NCBI GenBank assembly: GCA_900542425.1
Contig: UQNQ01000002.1
Span: 44,843-108,842 of the forward strand
Source: an uncultured Eubacteriales bacterium
Lineage (GTDB): Bacteria; Bacillota; Clostridia; Oscillospirales; CAG-272
DNA length: 64,000 nucleotides
Reading direction: 5' to 3'
Shown: piece after piece, positions 1 to 12,000 of the stretch
How positions within the stretch are numbered: position 1 is the stretch's first letter
How the letters are laid out: each line of letters starts with the position of its first letter
Notes under the pieces: generated by a model
What the model saw: the letters and a program-made list of their open reading frames with translations, nothing else
Database searches by the model: none
What the model was told of the DNA's origin: nothing
Made by a program: the position numbers and the translations under genes

Positions 1-104
1 ACGTCCGAAACAGGATTGCCATTGATAGAGACAAGCCTATCACCCGGCAGAATTTTATGCTGCTGCGCGGGAGAACCCTTTACAACATCCGTAATAAGAA
101 CCAT
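1..104 (-). CDS. 5' end of a PDZ-domain protein gene, truncated by the window edge
   Basis: Minus-strand ATG at 104..102 with GAGG just upstream. It reads MVLITDVVKGSPAQQHKILPGDRLVSINGNPVSD, a typical PDZ-domain opening. It is absent from the ORF track because it runs off the window. Confidence 0.4.
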   Translation of the reverse strand, partial: MVLITDVVKGSPAQQHKILPGDRLVSINGNPVSD

Positions 105-189
105 AATACCTCATGGAACAACCGTTCCATCCTCCGAATAAAGAAATAGGCAGGTATGCAGACAAGAGCATACCTGCCAGGTTGCAAAA

Positions 190-372
190 TCACGCGTCCT
201 GTTTTACAATTTCCTTGCCGTTATATGTTCCGCAAGCCTTGCAAACTCTGTGTGAAAGATTGTATTCTCCGCATTTCGGGCATTTTGTCATACCCGGAAG
301 ATCAAGCTTCCATACGCTGGAACGTCTCTTATCGCGTCTTGCTTTTGATACTTTTCTCTTCGGTACTGCCAT
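190..372 (-). CDS. rpmF: 50S ribosomal protein bL32
   Basis: 60 aa starting [17 protein letters not shown], with CPKCG...CKACG zinc-knuckle cysteines. It sits in the conserved pairing downstream of yceD. Confidence 0.95.
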   Translation of the reverse strand: MAVPKRKVSKARRDKRRSSVWKLDLPGMTKCPKCGEYNLSHRVCKACGTYNGKEIVKQDA

Positions 373-435
373 GTGCTACCTACACCTCCCCCTGAGCCGT
401 CCGGATCCTCCAAACAGCCGTCAGTTATAATTGCG

Positions 436-942
436 CTATTTCAATAATGTTTTCAGGACCGCAAGTCTCGGGTCCGGCTCATGCTTCTCACATCCGCACG
501 GTCCCTCATTCAGATTTTTACCGCATTTCGGACAAAGTCCCAGACAATCCTCACGGCAAAGCGTCTTTGACGGCATTTCGAGCATCATCTGCTCCTCAAC
601 AGGAGACAGAAGATCGAGTTTTTCATCCTCGATAAAGATGTAGTCATCGTTATCACGCGACACATCACCCGATGCGATATCCTTTTCAAACGTAATCTCA
701 AGCTTGCTGCGTACAGGCTCGGCACACCGTGCACATGCGGTTTGATAGACAGCCTTTACCGATGCGGAAAGGCACATATACCCCGCCATGTTTTTAACAA
801 GCCCTTTTACCATCACAGGCTCGGTAAAATCGATATCCCTATAAACGGAAGCGATAAGACTGTCCGCCGCAGGAATAAAAGAGAATTCAAAAGCGAGGCT
901 GTCGACAGCACCCGAGAGAACGGGCGTCATATCCAGAACCAT
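436..942 (-). CDS. yceD: YceD/DUF177 family protein (large ribosomal RNA subunit accumulation protein)
   Basis: 168 aa with the C-terminal Cys cluster CREDCLGLCPKCGKNLNEGPCGC typical of DUF177. It lies directly upstream of rpmF. Confidence 0.85.
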   Translation of the reverse strand: MVLDMTPVLSGAVDSLAFEFSFIPAADSLIASVYRDIDFTEPVMVKGLVKNMAGYMCLSASVKAVYQTACARCAEPVRSKLEITFEKDIASGDVSRDNDDYIFIEDEKLDLLSPVEEQMMLEMPSKTLCREDCLGLCPKCGKNLNEGPCGCEKHEPDPRLAVLKTLLK

Positions 943-993
943 TCTTTATCCTCCTCACAACATTTCACACGATACCAAATTACAGCATATTTT

Positions 994-1022
994 ATTATAT
1001 CCCGTAAAAGAGCCTTTGTCAA
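994..1022 (-). promoter_or_regulatory. sigma-A type promoter for yceD-rpmF
   Basis: The minus strand reads TTGACA (1022..1017), a 17-nt spacer, then TATAAT (999..994), about 50 nt upstream of the yceD start. Confidence 0.5.
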
Positions 1023-1174
1023 TAACCTTTTTTATATTTTTTACAATATCCCGTGTATTTTTCCCAGATTTTTCGGTGTTTCTCAAAAATTCTCCGGCAG
1101 TATCTCGTTCATTCCAGTTTGCTTGCCCGTTTTTTCTGTCTTTGCTTCGAACTGTGATCTCCCGGATAAAACCA

Positions 1175-1206
1175 AACAAAAACGCCGCAAAAGCGGCGTT
1201 TTTGTT
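1175..1206 (-). terminator. intrinsic terminator after leuS
   Basis: Stem AAAACGCCGC / GCGGCGTTTT with a 4-nt loop, followed on the minus strand by TTTTTGTTTGGTTTT. It starts 4 nt after the leuS stop. Confidence 0.8.
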
Positions 1207-1209
1207 TGA

Positions 1210-3612
1210 TTATTTTACAATCACATTCAGAATTTTATTTTTTACATAGATTTTCTTCACAATTTGTTTGCCTTCTATCAAAGAAGCGAATTTTTCACGC
1301 TTCATTGCCGCAGCAAACGCAGTATCCTCATCGGCATCCACAGGAATCTCAACCGCATCTCTGGCTTTCCCCTGTACAGAAAGAGCAATTTCCACGGTAT
1401 TGTCGACGGTTTTGGTTTCGTCATACTCCGGCCACCTCGAAAGAGAAGCAAGCTCCGTCTCTCCCAGCCGTGACCAAAGTTCCTCCGACAGATGCGGAGC
1501 AAACGGACAAAGCAGCCGAATCAAAATTTTCAGCTCATCTATTGTCAGCGTTCCTGCATCGTAGATTTCATTGACAAGTGTCATCATAGCGGCAATCGCC
1601 GTATTGAATTTCATCGAATCAATGTCTTCTGTTACCTTTTTGATTGTCTTGTGGAAAGATGTCTCAAGCGCAGGGGTCGCGCCCTCGCCTTTTGCCATAT
1701 ACATCAAGCCTTCAATCCGTTCAAGGAATCTCTTGCAGCCTTTGATACTGGACGGAGACCATGGCGCGGATTTTTCAAAGTCCCCGATAAACATTTCATA
1801 CAAACGAAGCGTATCGGCACCGTACTCTTCCACAATATCATCGGGATTGACAACATTCCCGCGGGATTTTGACATTTTTTCGCCGTTTTCGCCAAGAATC
1901 ATACCATGAGCTGTACGTTTCTGATACGGTTCTTTACAAGGAACGATTCCAAGATCATAAAGGAATTTCGACCAGAAACGAGAGTAAAGCAAATGCAGCG
2001 TTACATGCTCCATGCCGCCGTTATACCAGTCCACCGGCATCCAATACGCAAGTGCTTCTTTGGAAGCAAGCTCCTTGTCGTTATGCGGATCGCAGTACCG
2101 CAAAAAATACCAAGAGGAACCTGCCCAGTTGGGCATGGTATCCGTCTCGCGCTTGGCAGGTCCGCCGCAGTGCGGGCAAGTCGTGTTAACCCAATCCACA
2201 GCGCTGACAAGAGGTGATTCTCCATCCTCTGTCGGCTCATAATGCTCAATGTCCGGAAGCACAAGCGGAAGTTCCGATTCCGGAATCGGAACCCAGCCGC
2301 ACTTTTCACAATAAACCAGCGGAACAGGCTCACCCCAATAACGCTGACGGGAAAATACCCAGTCGCGCAGTTTATAGTTTGTTTTGGCATGTCCGATTCC
2401 TTTTTGTGTAAGCCATTCGATTATTGCCTTTTTGGCTTCGGCAACTTCCATTCCGTCAAGGAATCCGGAATTGACCATTTTACCCGTTTCTACATCCGTG
2501 AACGCCGCATTCTCCACATCGCCGCCTGCGACGACCTCAATAATCGGAAGCCCAAATTTTTTCGCAAACTCCCAGTCCCGCGTATCATGCGCAGGGACCG
2601 CCATGATTGCACCTGTTCCATAAGTAGCCAGCACATAATCCGATATAAAAATCGGAATCTCTTTCCCGTTTACGGGATTGATCGCATATACCCCTTCAAG
2701 CCTTACACCCGTTTTGTCTTTTGCCATTTCCGTGCGTTCAAAATCAGACTTTTTCGCCGCTGCATCGCGATAGGAAACAATATCGGCGTAATTTTTCAGC
2801 TTGTCTTTCCATTTATCCACAAGCGCATGCTCAGGCGCCATTACCATATACGTCGCGCCGAACAAGGTATCCGGCCGCGTTGTATAAACGGTAATTTCAT
2901 CATTTTCGCTCGTTTTGAAGTTTACTTCCGCCCCATAGGAACGCCCGATCCAGTTGATTTCCTGCGTTTTTACACGCTCAATGAAATCCACATCTTTCAA
3001 ATCATCGATCAGCCTGTCCGCATACTCGGTAATCTTCAGCATCCATTGACTCTTTACTTTATGAACAACTTCGCCGCCGCATCGCTCGCACACACCGCCC
3101 ACGACTTCCTCGTTGGCAAGTACGACCTTGCAGGATGTACAGAAATTCACGTTCATCTCTTTTTTATAAGCAAGCCCTTTTTCAAACAGCTTGAGAAAAA
3201 TCCACTGGGTCCATTTGTAATATTCAGGGGAGCTTGTATTGATCTCACGAGACCAATCAAAAGAAAGACCGAGCCGCTTTAATTGACCTTTGAAGCGTGC
3301 GATATTGTTTTTTGTGATAATAGTAGGATGAATATGTGTTTTAATTGCATAGTTTTCTGTCGGAAGCCCAAACGCGTCCCAACCGATTGGGAACAGTACA
3401 TTGTATCCCTCCATGCGTTTTTTCCGCGCGATAATATCAATTGCCGTATACGGACGCGGATGTCCGATATGCAACCCCTGCCCGGAAGGATACGGAAACT
3501 CGACCAGTGCATAATATTTCGGCAGCGTATAGTCGTTTTTTGCCTCAAAGGCATGCTTTTCCTCCCAGATTTTTTGCCATTTTGATTCAATGTTCTTGTA
3601 GTCGTATGCCAT
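1210..3612 (-). CDS. leuS: leucine--tRNA ligase
   Basis: 800 aa with the class I motifs [10 protein letters not shown] (HIGH) and KMSKS, and LeuRS-like sequence over its full length. Confidence 0.97.
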   Translation of the reverse strand: MAYDYKNIESKWQKIWEEKHAFEAKNDYTLPKYYALVEFPYPSGQGLHIGHPRPYTAIDIIARKKRMEGYNVLFPIGWDAFGLPTENYAIKTHIHPTIITKNNIARFKGQLKRLGLSFDWSREINTSSPEYYKWTQWIFLKLFEKGLAYKKEMNVNFCTSCKVVLANEEVVGGVCERCGGEVVHKVKSQWMLKITEYADRLIDDLKDVDFIERVKTQEINWIGRSYGAEVNFKTSENDEITVYTTRPDTLFGATYMVMAPEHALVDKWKDKLKNYADIVSYRDAAAKKSDFERTEMAKDKTGVRLEGVYAINPVNGKEIPIFISDYVLATYGTGAIMAVPAHDTRDWEFAKKFGLPIIEVVAGGDVENAAFTDVETGKMVNSGFLDGMEVAEAKKAIIEWLTQKGIGHAKTNYKLRDWVFSRQRYWGEPVPLVYCEKCGWVPIPESELPLVLPDIEHYEPTEDGESPLVSAVDWVNTTCPHCGGPAKRETDTMPNWAGSSWYFLRYCDPHNDKELASKEALAYWMPVDWYNGGMEHVTLHLLYSRFWSKFLYDLGIVPCKEPYQKRTAHGMILGENGEKMSKSRGNVVNPDDIVEEYGADTLRLYEMFIGDFEKSAPWSPSSIKGCKRFLERIEGLMYMAKGEGATPALETSFHKTIKKVTEDIDSMKFNTAIAAMMTLVNEIYDAGTLTIDELKILIRLLCPFAPHLSEELWSRLGETELASLSRWPEYDETKTVDNTVEIALSVQGKARDAVEIPVDADEDTAFAAAMKREKFASLIEGKQIVKKIYVKNKILNVIVK

Positions 3613-3641
3613 ACTATGTTCTCCTTCAAGCGATATAAAAC

Positions 3642-4034
3642 TTATGATTCGTCGGCTTCGAGCGGAATTTCCTCCGCATCGTTCCAGAGTTTTTCAAGTT
3701 TATAAAAATCTCTTTCATTCTTGTGAAAAATATGCACGATCACATGAGCATAATCCATTGCAATCCACATACCGGAATCATATCCGTCTACATGAAGCGG
3801 ATGGACACCGCAAAGTCCGAGCCGATATTCCAGTTCTCCCGCAAAGCCCTTGATCTGGGTATTTGAGGTACCCGTACAAATGACAAAATAATCGGTAAGG
3901 TCGCTGCCCTCAGCAAATTTTAAAAGCTTAATATCCCGTGCTTTCTTCTCGTCGAGGATCCGCACAATGGCATCTGCCAGCTCCCGAGGCGAAGCGTCGG
4001 CAAGCGAAGGGTTTTTGATTGTATCCTGATTCAT
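3642..4034 (-). CDS. rsfS: ribosome silencing factor RsfS (iojap family)
   Basis: 130 aa with the RsfS-like core ([11 protein letters not shown] ... [14 protein letters not shown]). It sits in the conserved nadD-yqeK-rsfS-leuS neighbourhood. Confidence 0.9.
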   Translation of the reverse strand: MNQDTIKNPSLADASPRELADAIVRILDEKKARDIKLLKFAEGSDLTDYFVICTGTSNTQIKGFAGELEYRLGLCGVHPLHVDGYDSGMWIAMDYAHVIVHIFHKNERDFYKLEKLWNDAEEIPLEADES

Positions 4035-4122
4035 AGATTTTCTCCGATTCTGTTTTTTCTATATGTAGTTATACCACGACTCCCGGGGATTCGTCAAGAC
4101 CCCGGGAGTCCCAAATTGCAGA

Positions 4123-5262
4123 CTATGACAAATAATAATCGTTGATATAAAGGTTCGAAGCATTTTTATTGTCTGTAAAAAATCCGTTCTGATCAAAAAG
4201 TTCAGGACTGATATCCGTTTTATATACGTTCAGACATTCGTTGACGTCGGCAAGTGCTTCTTTTTTATTCAGGCAATAGTAGAGCCACGCTCCCGTCGCG
4301 GGATTCTGTACGGTTGAGCCACCGATGGTACGCACCGCGATATTTGCGTTATCCACGGAATATACCGATTTCGTATAGGAAACGATGTCCGCCACGGACA
4401 TCGAGGTATTGACATTGTTGATAAGATTCGGAATCATCGATATCATATTGCCGACGGTAATGTTATTTTTCACCTGACGCAGCGCTTCCACCATAAAGTC
4501 ACCTCGTAGTTCCACACGTCCGATGTCCCCCGTCGCATATCCGGAACGATACCGGATCAGCTGTTCGCATTGCTCCCCGTTCAGATGCTGATAACCGGCT
4601 TTCAGATGAATATAAAGATTCTGATCCGGGTCCTCATAATCCATATCTTCGGGAATATCATACCAAATACCGCCGACAGCGTCGATAACGTTCCGGAAGC
4701 CCGTTGTATTGATGAGTATATATTCATCAATATTGACACAAAGCGCCGCTGACAGTCTTGCCTGCAAATCCTGCATGGCAAGATGCTTCGCCTTCGCCTC
4801 GGTTGCGCCGCCGTTGCGCTGCCGATTGTATTCTGCCGTAAAGACGGCATTCACCCGCGTCACACTGGAATAACCTCCCACTTCTTTGTTAATAAAGGTG
4901 TCACGTGGGATCTGGACGATGTTGATTTTGCCGGACTGGGTATCTAAGGATGCAAGCATCAGTACATCCGTGCTCATAGAGACATCATCCACGCCGGCAA
5001 CAAGAAACGTATAAAAACCGTTTTTCCTCGTAAAAGGATCCTCCGGATCTGTCGCGGTAGCGGTCGTTTCCTCTGCGGGAGCCGTGGTTCCATCCGTAGG
5101 GAACTGCGGAGTCGGATCGACTGACGGCTTATGAAGCAGCAAAGCGGTTACGGTAATACCGGCAATCACAAATACGGCGCAAATATACGCCATGACAATA
5201 AGAAGCCCGCGCGGCATCTTATTTTTTCCCCTCTGGGTTTTTCTGAAATTATTTTTATCCAT
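4123..5262 (-). CDS. LytR-CpsA-Psr (LCP) family cell-envelope phosphotransferase
   Basis: N-terminal TM anchor followed by an LCP domain (FLVAGVDD..DVLMLASLD..VQIPRDT). Confidence 0.85.
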   Translation of the reverse strand: MDKNNFRKTQRGKNKMPRGLLIVMAYICAVFVIAGITVTALLLHKPSVDPTPQFPTDGTTAPAEETTATATDPEDPFTRKNGFYTFLVAGVDDVSMSTDVLMLASLDTQSGKINIVQIPRDTFINKEVGGYSSVTRVNAVFTAEYNRQRNGGATEAKAKHLAMQDLQARLSAALCVNIDEYILINTTGFRNVIDAVGGIWYDIPEDMDYEDPDQNLYIHLKAGYQHLNGEQCEQLIRYRSGYATGDIGRVELRGDFMVEALRQVKNNITVGNMISMIPNLINNVNTSMSVADIVSYTKSVYSVDNANIAVRTIGGSTVQNPATGAWLYYCLNKKEALADVNECLNVYKTDISPELFDQNGFFTDNKNASNLYINDYYLS

Positions 5263-5286
5263 ATTGTTCCTCTTTGAAAAGCGGCG

Positions 5287-5919
5287 TTATACCATCGCGT
5301 TCCATGCCGAGAGCATCTCGGCGTCGATCTTTCTGCCCTTCTCAATTAGATACGTTACAGTGAAACCGATAATTCTTTTTACGGTGTCGTCCAGCAGGCG
5401 GTAAAGCGCAGCTTTATCGTTTTTGTTTATTTTCCCACATTCTCCATGCAAATATTCTCTCATTTCCGCACAGGAACGGTATTTTCTTCCCGGTTCTGTA
5501 AAATCTGCCGCAAACAGCATTTTGTCAATCACAGACATTCCTGCTTTTCCGGTTGTATGGCAAGCTATCGCGGAATACACTTTATCACATACGGTTTCTT
5601 TGCCGAAAATTTCTCTTGCAAACGGCGCTCCGGTATACTGGTGCAATGTGGATATCACAGAAGACACATCCTGAGGCAGACAGATCCCATATTTTTCACA
5701 TAGAGCAAGCTGTTCATTATCGGTTTTCGCTTTGGTGATGTCATGCAAAAGCGCCGCCGTAAAAAGCGCCGTGCGATCTTCGTCAGAGAGACCGAATGTT
5801 TCCGCCATCCAAATGCATTCCTCCAAAACACCGAGCGTATGGTCGATCCGTTTGGCATCCTCATAGTTAGGAAGAGCCTTTTTGATAGATTCAAGCTGTT
5901 GTTGATATCCGCATGTCAT
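5287..5919 (-). CDS. yqeK: HD-domain bis(5'-nucleosyl)-tetraphosphatase YqeK
   Basis: HD motif (ALLHDITK) and the conserved nadD-yqeK pairing. The start is taken at the internal ATG (MTCGYQQ) that abuts the nadD stop; the longer ORF to 5973 overlaps nadD. Confidence 0.8.
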   Translation of the reverse strand: MTCGYQQQLESIKKALPNYEDAKRIDHTLGVLEECIWMAETFGLSDEDRTALFTAALLHDITKAKTDNEQLALCEKYGICLPQDVSSVISTLHQYTGAPFAREIFGKETVCDKVYSAIACHTTGKAGMSVIDKMLFAADFTEPGRKYRSCAEMREYLHGECGKINKNDKAALYRLLDDTVKRIIGFTVTYLIEKGRKIDAEMLSAWNAMV

Positions 5920-6530
5920 CGATACAAATCCTTCTTCTTCACATATTCCCAAACAGGTTCCGGCAAATAACATGAAACATCTTCGCCTCTTTGAATCATT
6001 TGTCGGATTTTGCTGGAAGATATCTCAATCGGATCAAACAAGAGATCCAAAATTTTCGCATGGAAACGTTCCGTAAGATAACACTTTTTCTCTGTGATCC
6101 GCTCCATAAGTGTCACTCCCTGACGTTCCCGCGCCGCATAGGCAAGCGTACACATAGAAAGAATGTCCTCAAAGCGGTACCACTCATCAAAGGTAAGCAG
6201 CATATCCGTTCCGCAATAGAGATATAAATCGGAGAAGCCCATTTCCCGAAAGCGGCACAGCGTCAAATACGTATAACTCTTTCCCTCGCTGCGGATTTCC
6301 ATATCAGAAACCACAACTTTTTCTGAAAACGCCGCCGCATCAAATGCAAGCCGCGTCATTTCCAGACGGTATTCGGGTTTGTCGTATTTTCCGATTTCCT
6401 TGTGCGGCGGAATCCGGTCCGGAATGACATAGAGCTGATCCAGTTTCGCCTGCCTGATAAATTCGTATGCGGCTTTCATATGCCCGTTGTGAATGGGATC
6501 AAATGTACCGCCAAAAATACCGATTCTCAT
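5916..6530 (-). CDS. nadD: nicotinate-nucleotide adenylyltransferase
   Basis: MRIGIFGGTFDPIHNGH nucleotidyltransferase motif. The start is taken at that Met rather than the upstream ORF start at 6596. Confidence 0.9.
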   Translation of the reverse strand: MRIGIFGGTFDPIHNGHMKAAYEFIRQAKLDQLYVIPDRIPPHKEIGKYDKPEYRLEMTRLAFDAAAFSEKVVVSDMEIRSEGKSYTYLTLCRFREMGFSDLYLYCGTDMLLTFDEWYRFEDILSMCTLAYAARERQGVTLMERITEKKCYLTERFHAKILDLLFDPIEISSSKIRQMIQRGEDVSCYLPEPVWEYVKKKDLYR

Positions 6531-6543
6531 CTTTTTTACGATA

Positions 6544-6837
6544 TCAAACAGGAAGCTCAATTTTTTTGTGCTTCTTGGATTCCCTGTAAAGAACAAATCG
6601 GCTGCCCGTGACGGAAATCACCTCAGCTCCAAGCGATGAGGCAAGCAGCTCCGCTGCCTCTCTCGGACCGTATTCGCAGGTATCCAGTGTGCGAAGCTTG
6701 ATCAGTTCCCGCGCTTCAAGCGTATAATCCAGCTGTTCCGTCATATTGTCGCTGATCCCACCTTTTCCTATTTGAAAAATGGTATCATAGCGATTTGCCA
6801 TAGCACGCAGATAGGCGCGCTGTTTACTTGTCAACAT
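6544..6837 (-). CDS. yhbY: YhbY/CRM-domain RNA-binding protein
   Basis: The opening LTSKQRAYLRAMAN...FQIGKGGIS matches the YhbY family. The start is taken at the internal Met 12. Confidence 0.85.
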   Translation of the reverse strand: MLTSKQRAYLRAMANRYDTIFQIGKGGISDNMTEQLDYTLEARELIKLRTLDTCEYGPREAAELLASSLGAEVISVTGSRFVLYRESKKHKKIELPV

Positions 6838-6869
6838 AAAAAATCTCCTCTGCCGTATATGCGATGACA

Positions 6870-7466
6870 TTAACGGTAGTCATTGCCATCCCCATTCCAT
6901 TCATTTCCGATACGTGATTCACTTGCCTGCTGTTTTTTCATCTCCAAATAATTGTTTTTCGTCCGGTAAAAAAAGCACAGGAAACAAATCAGTGCGACCA
7001 ATGCGCAGACCAGCCCTAAAAATACGATCCCTGTCATTTGCATATACGCACACAATAAGCTGATTATATTCAGGATAATAAGGGCGAACCAGCATTTTTT
7101 CAGACGCTCGGCGCCCAAAGGATATCGGTTTGAAGCTTCTATATCTCCGATTCCCCAGACGATACAATAAGAAATATAATACGACAACACTGCCGAGGCA
7201 ACAGAAAGCAAAACCAAAACCACCGGCGGCGCCGTTAAGGAAAGCCCGAATAGGTCACCTACCCAAAGGAATCCCGTATAAACCGCCATGACAATGCAAA
7301 AAGGCCGTATCCGTTCGAAACGGGGAGATTCCTCTGACAATTCCGCAAGTCCGGAAAAAAACAGCAGATAACCGACAAAAGCCGGAATCAGTCCGACTCG
7401 TATCGTATCAAAATCAATGTTAAAGTTCAAGAAAATAAAAAAGAATCCCCAAAAAAGCTTATTCAT
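6870..7466 (-). CDS. multi-pass membrane protein of unknown function
   Basis: 198 aa with about 6 hydrophobic helices. Its ends overlap or abut the neighbouring genes (ATGA-type junction with rdgB). I do not recognise a family. Confidence 0.5.
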   Translation of the reverse strand: MNKLFWGFFFIFLNFNIDFDTIRVGLIPAFVGYLLFFSGLAELSEESPRFERIRPFCIVMAVYTGFLWVGDLFGLSLTAPPVVLVLLSVASAVLSYYISYCIVWGIGDIEASNRYPLGAERLKKCWFALIILNIISLLCAYMQMTGIVFLGLVCALVALICFLCFFYRTKNNYLEMKKQQASESRIGNEWNGDGNDYR

Positions 7467-8110
7467 ACTTTTCCTCCGTTCTGTGTGATAAGAGACTTCC
7501 CGGTAACTTCGGAAAACGCTTTGGCAAAGGCCTCCATAGCACGCGCCCTATGACTGACGGCATTTTTTTCCGCAGCGTTCATTTCAGCAAATGTCTTTCC
7601 TATTGGTTCATAAAGAAAATAAGGATCGTATCCGAATCCGCCTGTGCCGCGGGGCAAGTCGAGAATCACGCCGGGACATTCTCCCCGCGTTACAATCTCA
7701 CGCCCGTCCGGGAAGACACAGGCAATGACAGACACAAATCGGGCAGAACGTCTATCCGACGGGATTCCCCGCATTTTTTCTACCAGCTTGCGATTGTTGT
7801 CGGCATCATCATGCCCGCCTGCCCAGCGCGCTGAATAGACACCCGGCTCACCACCAAGTGCATCCACACAAAGTCCGGAATCGTCTGCGACTCCGATATA
7901 GCCAAGCGATGCAACCGTGCGCGCTTTAATTCGCGCATTCGCCTCAAAGGTATCACCGTCTTCGATAATATCTTCATGATATCCGATATCGGAAAGAGAA
8001 AGCAGCTCATACGGATTTCCTTCGGCATCCACAGGACAGAGCTCATGCAAAAACGCTCTCAGCTCCTCTATTTTATGGCGGTTGTTGGATGCCATCACAA
8101 TTTTTGTCAT
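7463..8110 (-). CDS. rdgB: non-canonical purine NTP pyrophosphatase (RdgB/HAM1)
   Basis: IVMASNNRHKIEE opening and the GFGYDPYF motif of the Ham1 family. Confidence 0.9.
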   Translation of the reverse strand: MTKIVMASNNRHKIEELRAFLHELCPVDAEGNPYELLSLSDIGYHEDIIEDGDTFEANARIKARTVASLGYIGVADDSGLCVDALGGEPGVYSARWAGGHDDADNNRKLVEKMRGIPSDRRSARFVSVIACVFPDGREIVTRGECPGVILDLPRGTGGFGYDPYFLYEPIGKTFAEMNAAEKNAVSHRARAMEAFAKAFSEVTGKSLITQNGGKV

Positions 8111-8164
8111 ATTTCCGTTTCTCCTTATATTTCCGGCGTTCTGATTTTATTTTCCCAAGCCGGA

Positions 8165-9076
8165 TTATTTTTCGAACAGTGCCGTGACAAACTCGTCTGC
8201 CGAAAACGGCTGCAAATCGTCAATTTTTTCGCCGACACCGATAAATTTGACCGGGATTCCGAGTTCACGCTTAATGGATATGACAATTCCTCCCTTGGCA
8301 GTCCCGTCAAGCTTCGTTAAAACAAGGCCGGTAATGTTCGCCGCATTTTTGAATTCCTTTGCCTGAACGACCGCATTCTGCCCCGTTGTCGCGTCCAGAA
8401 CAAGCAGCGTTTCGCGGATACTGTCCGGAAGCTCCCGGGAAATGACACGATCAATTTTCTCAAGCTCATTCATCAGATTCTTTTTGTTGTGCAACCGTCC
8501 CGCCGTATCCACAATCAAAACATCTGTCCCGCGCTTTTTCGCAGCCGCCGCGGCATCATACACGACCGCCGCAGGATCGGAGCCTTCACTTTGCGCAATC
8601 AGCTCCACTCCTACCCGCTGGGCCCATACGCCAAGCTGATCAATTGCCGCGGCGCGGAATGTGTCAGCGGCAGCAAGCAGCACCTTCTTGCCGCTTTCTT
8701 TCATCACATTTGCTATTTTTGCAATCGATGTGGTTTTCCCGACTCCGTTGACACCAATCACAAGAATCACTGTCATTTTCCCGTCTTCAAAGCGAATAGG
8801 CTCTCCGTCGCCGATGCTGTCGCGAAGAATACCAAACAACGCTTTTTTAGCTTCTTCCGGGTCGGTAATCCGCTCATCATGAATTTTATCGTGCAGGGTA
8901 TCCAAAATTTCCATTGTTGTTTCCGCCCCGATATCACAGCTGATAAGCAGCTCCTCAAGCTCCTCAAAGAGCGCATCTCCTACGTCACGATAACTGCCGA
9001 AAATCGCATCGATTCCCGCCACGAATGCTTTTTTTGTTTTTGTCAATCCCGCTTTGAGTTTATCAAAAAATCCCAT
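8165..9076 (-). CDS. ftsY: signal recognition particle receptor FtsY
   Basis: NG domain with the [10 protein letters not shown]-loop and DTAGR motif. Conserved rnc-smc-ftsY order. Confidence 0.95.
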   Translation of the reverse strand: MGFFDKLKAGLTKTKKAFVAGIDAIFGSYRDVGDALFEELEELLISCDIGAETTMEILDTLHDKIHDERITDPEEAKKALFGILRDSIGDGEPIRFEDGKMTVILVIGVNGVGKTTSIAKIANVMKESGKKVLLAAADTFRAAAIDQLGVWAQRVGVELIAQSEGSDPAAVVYDAAAAAKKRGTDVLIVDTAGRLHNKKNLMNELEKIDRVISRELPDSIRETLLVLDATTGQNAVVQAKEFKNAANITGLVLTKLDGTAKGGIVISIKRELGIPVKFIGVGEKIDDLQPFSADEFVTALFEK

Positions 9077-9093
9077 GGAATGATTCCTTTCCG

Positions 9094-12000
9094 TTATTGA
9101 AGCTTCACACCGAGCTTTTGTTCAATTTCCGACATGTCGATCGAGATAACATCGGAAATTCCTTTTTCATGCATGGTCACCCCGTAAAGCCGTTCTGCCG
9201 CCTCCATTGTGCCGCGCCGGTGCGTGATAATAACAAACTGCGTCTTGTCGGAATATTTTTTCACATAGTCGGCAAATTTATCCACGTTCACCTCATCAAG
9301 CGCCGCTTCAATTTCATCAAGAATACAAAACGGTGCCGGATTTACCTTTAAAATAGCAAAATACAGGGCAATCGCAACGAACGCCTGCTCCCCGCCGGAG
9401 AGAAGCGACATATTTTTAATCACCTTTCCGGGAGGCGCAACATTGATATCCACTCCGCTTTCCAGTACATTTTCCGGATCAGAAAGACGCAGTTCCGCAC
9501 GTCCTCCGCCGAATAGTTCTGAAAAAACCTTACCGAAAGTTACAGCGATCTCCTCAAACGTAGTAAGGAAATCATTTCGCATGGTTTCCTCAAGCGCAGA
9601 GATGATATTTGTCAAATCCTCACGCGAGGTCTTCAAATCCGTAATCTGTTCTGTCAGCTCGTCAAACTGCTTCTTTACTTCCTTATACTCCTCAATCGCA
9701 TTGACATTGACATTTCCAAGCGCACGTAGCTGATTTTTATACTTCGTCTGTTCGGATACCGCGGCGGCACGGGTCTTATCCGTCAGCTTGTCCGCACAGC
9801 GTTTGCCTGCTTCGCTGTATGTAAGTTCATATTCGTCCCAAAGAAAAGCCACGAGCTTATCCTGTCTGTCCTTGACAGATTCATATTCCGATTCCAAACG
9901 TGTATGCGTTCGGTAGAGAAGGTCCCGCTTGTCGATGATATCCCGGCTTTTTACACGCAGCTCCGAAAGCTTTTTTTCGATTTCCATAGAAGAATCGGAA
10001 AGCGCTGTTTTCTTCTGTTCGCAAGCTTGCAGTTGCGCCTGCAGATCGATTGAAGCGTTCTGTAATTCTGCTGTTTGCTCCGCGCCCTTTTTCATTTTTT
10101 CTTCGGCATTTGCCGTAGATTCATGAAGCTCCGCAATGAAAGCCTCCGCCTCCGATACTCGCTTGGCGGCGGCATCACACATCTGAGAAAGCATCCCAAG
10201 ATTGGCGTCCTCTTTGGCAAGCTCCACTGAAATACCAGAAAGCTCCGATTTTGCCGCTTCCATACGTTCTGCCACAGACAAACGTTCTTTGGCAAGCTCG
10301 GACAATATCTTTTCCGACTGCTCCAGTTCTTGGGTAAATTTCGTTTTCTTTTGGGCAATTCCCTCAATATCGGTTTCCGCTCTGGATGTTTTGGAACGAA
10401 TGGCGTCAAGCTCTCCGCAAAGCAACTGAAGGGAGTCCTCTTGCGCCTGACGATTGGAGCGAAGCACGGTCAGCTGCGTCATTTCAGCCTCATGCATCGT
10501 TTTTAACACCGATGCGGAAGAAAGCACGGTACGGGCATCCTTTTCTGCCTTCTCCGACTCGGCGGCAAGGGATCGGATGACATTCTCCTCGTTGGCAAGC
10601 TGCTTTTCAAAAGCCTTCACTTCCTCACCGAGTCGCTCAATTTGCGCACGCCTTGAGAGCATTCTGCCTTCCGCGGAAAGAGAACCTCCCGTAAAGCTGC
10701 CTCCTGCATTGATGACCTGCCCGTCCAGTGTGACAATTCGATATCGGAAATTGGTTGCCCTTGCCGCTTGATTGGCGGCTTCCATATCCTGCGCCACGAG
10801 GATTCTGCCGAGTAAACTTCGGATAACGCCCCGAAACTTCTCTTCACAGGAAACAAGTGCAGACGCCGCCGATATCAAGCCCACGCGTGCGGATTCCGGA
10901 AGTTCTGCAACCGAAATCTCATTTCCGTGCATGGTAGAAACAGGATAAAATGTCGCCCTTCCCGCATTTTTCTTTTTCAGATACGAAATCGCCGTTTTTG
11001 CGGAGGCTTCATCTTCACAGACAAGATTCTGGAGGCTTTGACCAAATGCAACCTCAAGTGCCGATGAATACGGCTCCGGAACAGTAACAAGCGTTGAAAC
11101 CGGACCGTATATCTTGACGGGGCTGCCATCGGAAAACCGGATTTTTCCCGCTTTATGCTCATGAATAACAAAACGAACCGCACCCGAATATCCTTCCAAA
11201 AGCTCTTCCATACGTGTGAGATTCTGAATTTTGTGCTTTCTTTGCGTCATTTCAAGGAACAGGTTATTTTTTCGTTCCGCTGCTTCCGATGCCTGACTTT
11301 CCCGCTTCTGCTTCGCGGCGTCAATCTCATCCAGACGTGCCTTAACCGCTTCTTCCTTTTCGGCATAGCCCGCAATTTTTTCCTCGGCGGTCCGGATTCT
11401 GCCGTCCAGCATGGCGATATCTTCTTCATGCTTCCGGATATTTTCCGCAAGCTCATCCATGCGCGCAAGATCGGTTTCCTTTTGCGCTGCAGCGACAGAA
11501 AGACCAACCATGGCATCCGTTTGTGCCGAGCGCAACTCAGAAATTCTGGTTTCGCAGCCAAGCCGCTGGCGCTCGTTTTCCGCAAGCTCCTCTTCACAAG
11601 AGCGAACTGACGCCGCAGCACGCTCTGATTTACGCGCCCATTCTCCGTGAGAATCCCGTACGCGCGCAAGCTCTTCCGTAAGTCTCTGATATTCCGCCCG
11701 TGCCGATTCCGCCGACGTCTCGGCCGCAGAAATCTTGCCGCCCGCGCTTTCAATCGTCTCTCGCAGATGAGCGGCGTCATTTTCAATCAGTTTGACATGA
11801 GATTCGTTTTCATGGAGCGCACCCGTAAGCTCTAAAATCCGTGCGGAAAGCTTTTCACTTTCCATTTTATTCTTCATCTCGTCTGCACGCGCCGCCTCTT
11901 CCGCACGCTCAATATCCGCCCGTAATTCATCCGTGTTGTCAAGCTCCGCTTTTGACAGCACAAGCTTTTCGGAAAGCTCGTCCGCATATGCCTTCGCATG

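Noticed and set aside
3613-3641. Expected a T-box leader upstream of leuS
   Set aside because: Only 29 nt separate the rsfS stop from the leuS start, which leaves no room for a T-box. leuS appears to be co-transcribed with the upstream genes.
4078-4110. 11-bp GC-rich hairpin (GACTCCCGGGG ... CCCCGGGAGTC) between rsfS and the LCP gene
   Set aside because: No U-tract follows on the transcribed (minus) strand. It may be an RNA-processing or stability element, but I cannot support a terminator call.
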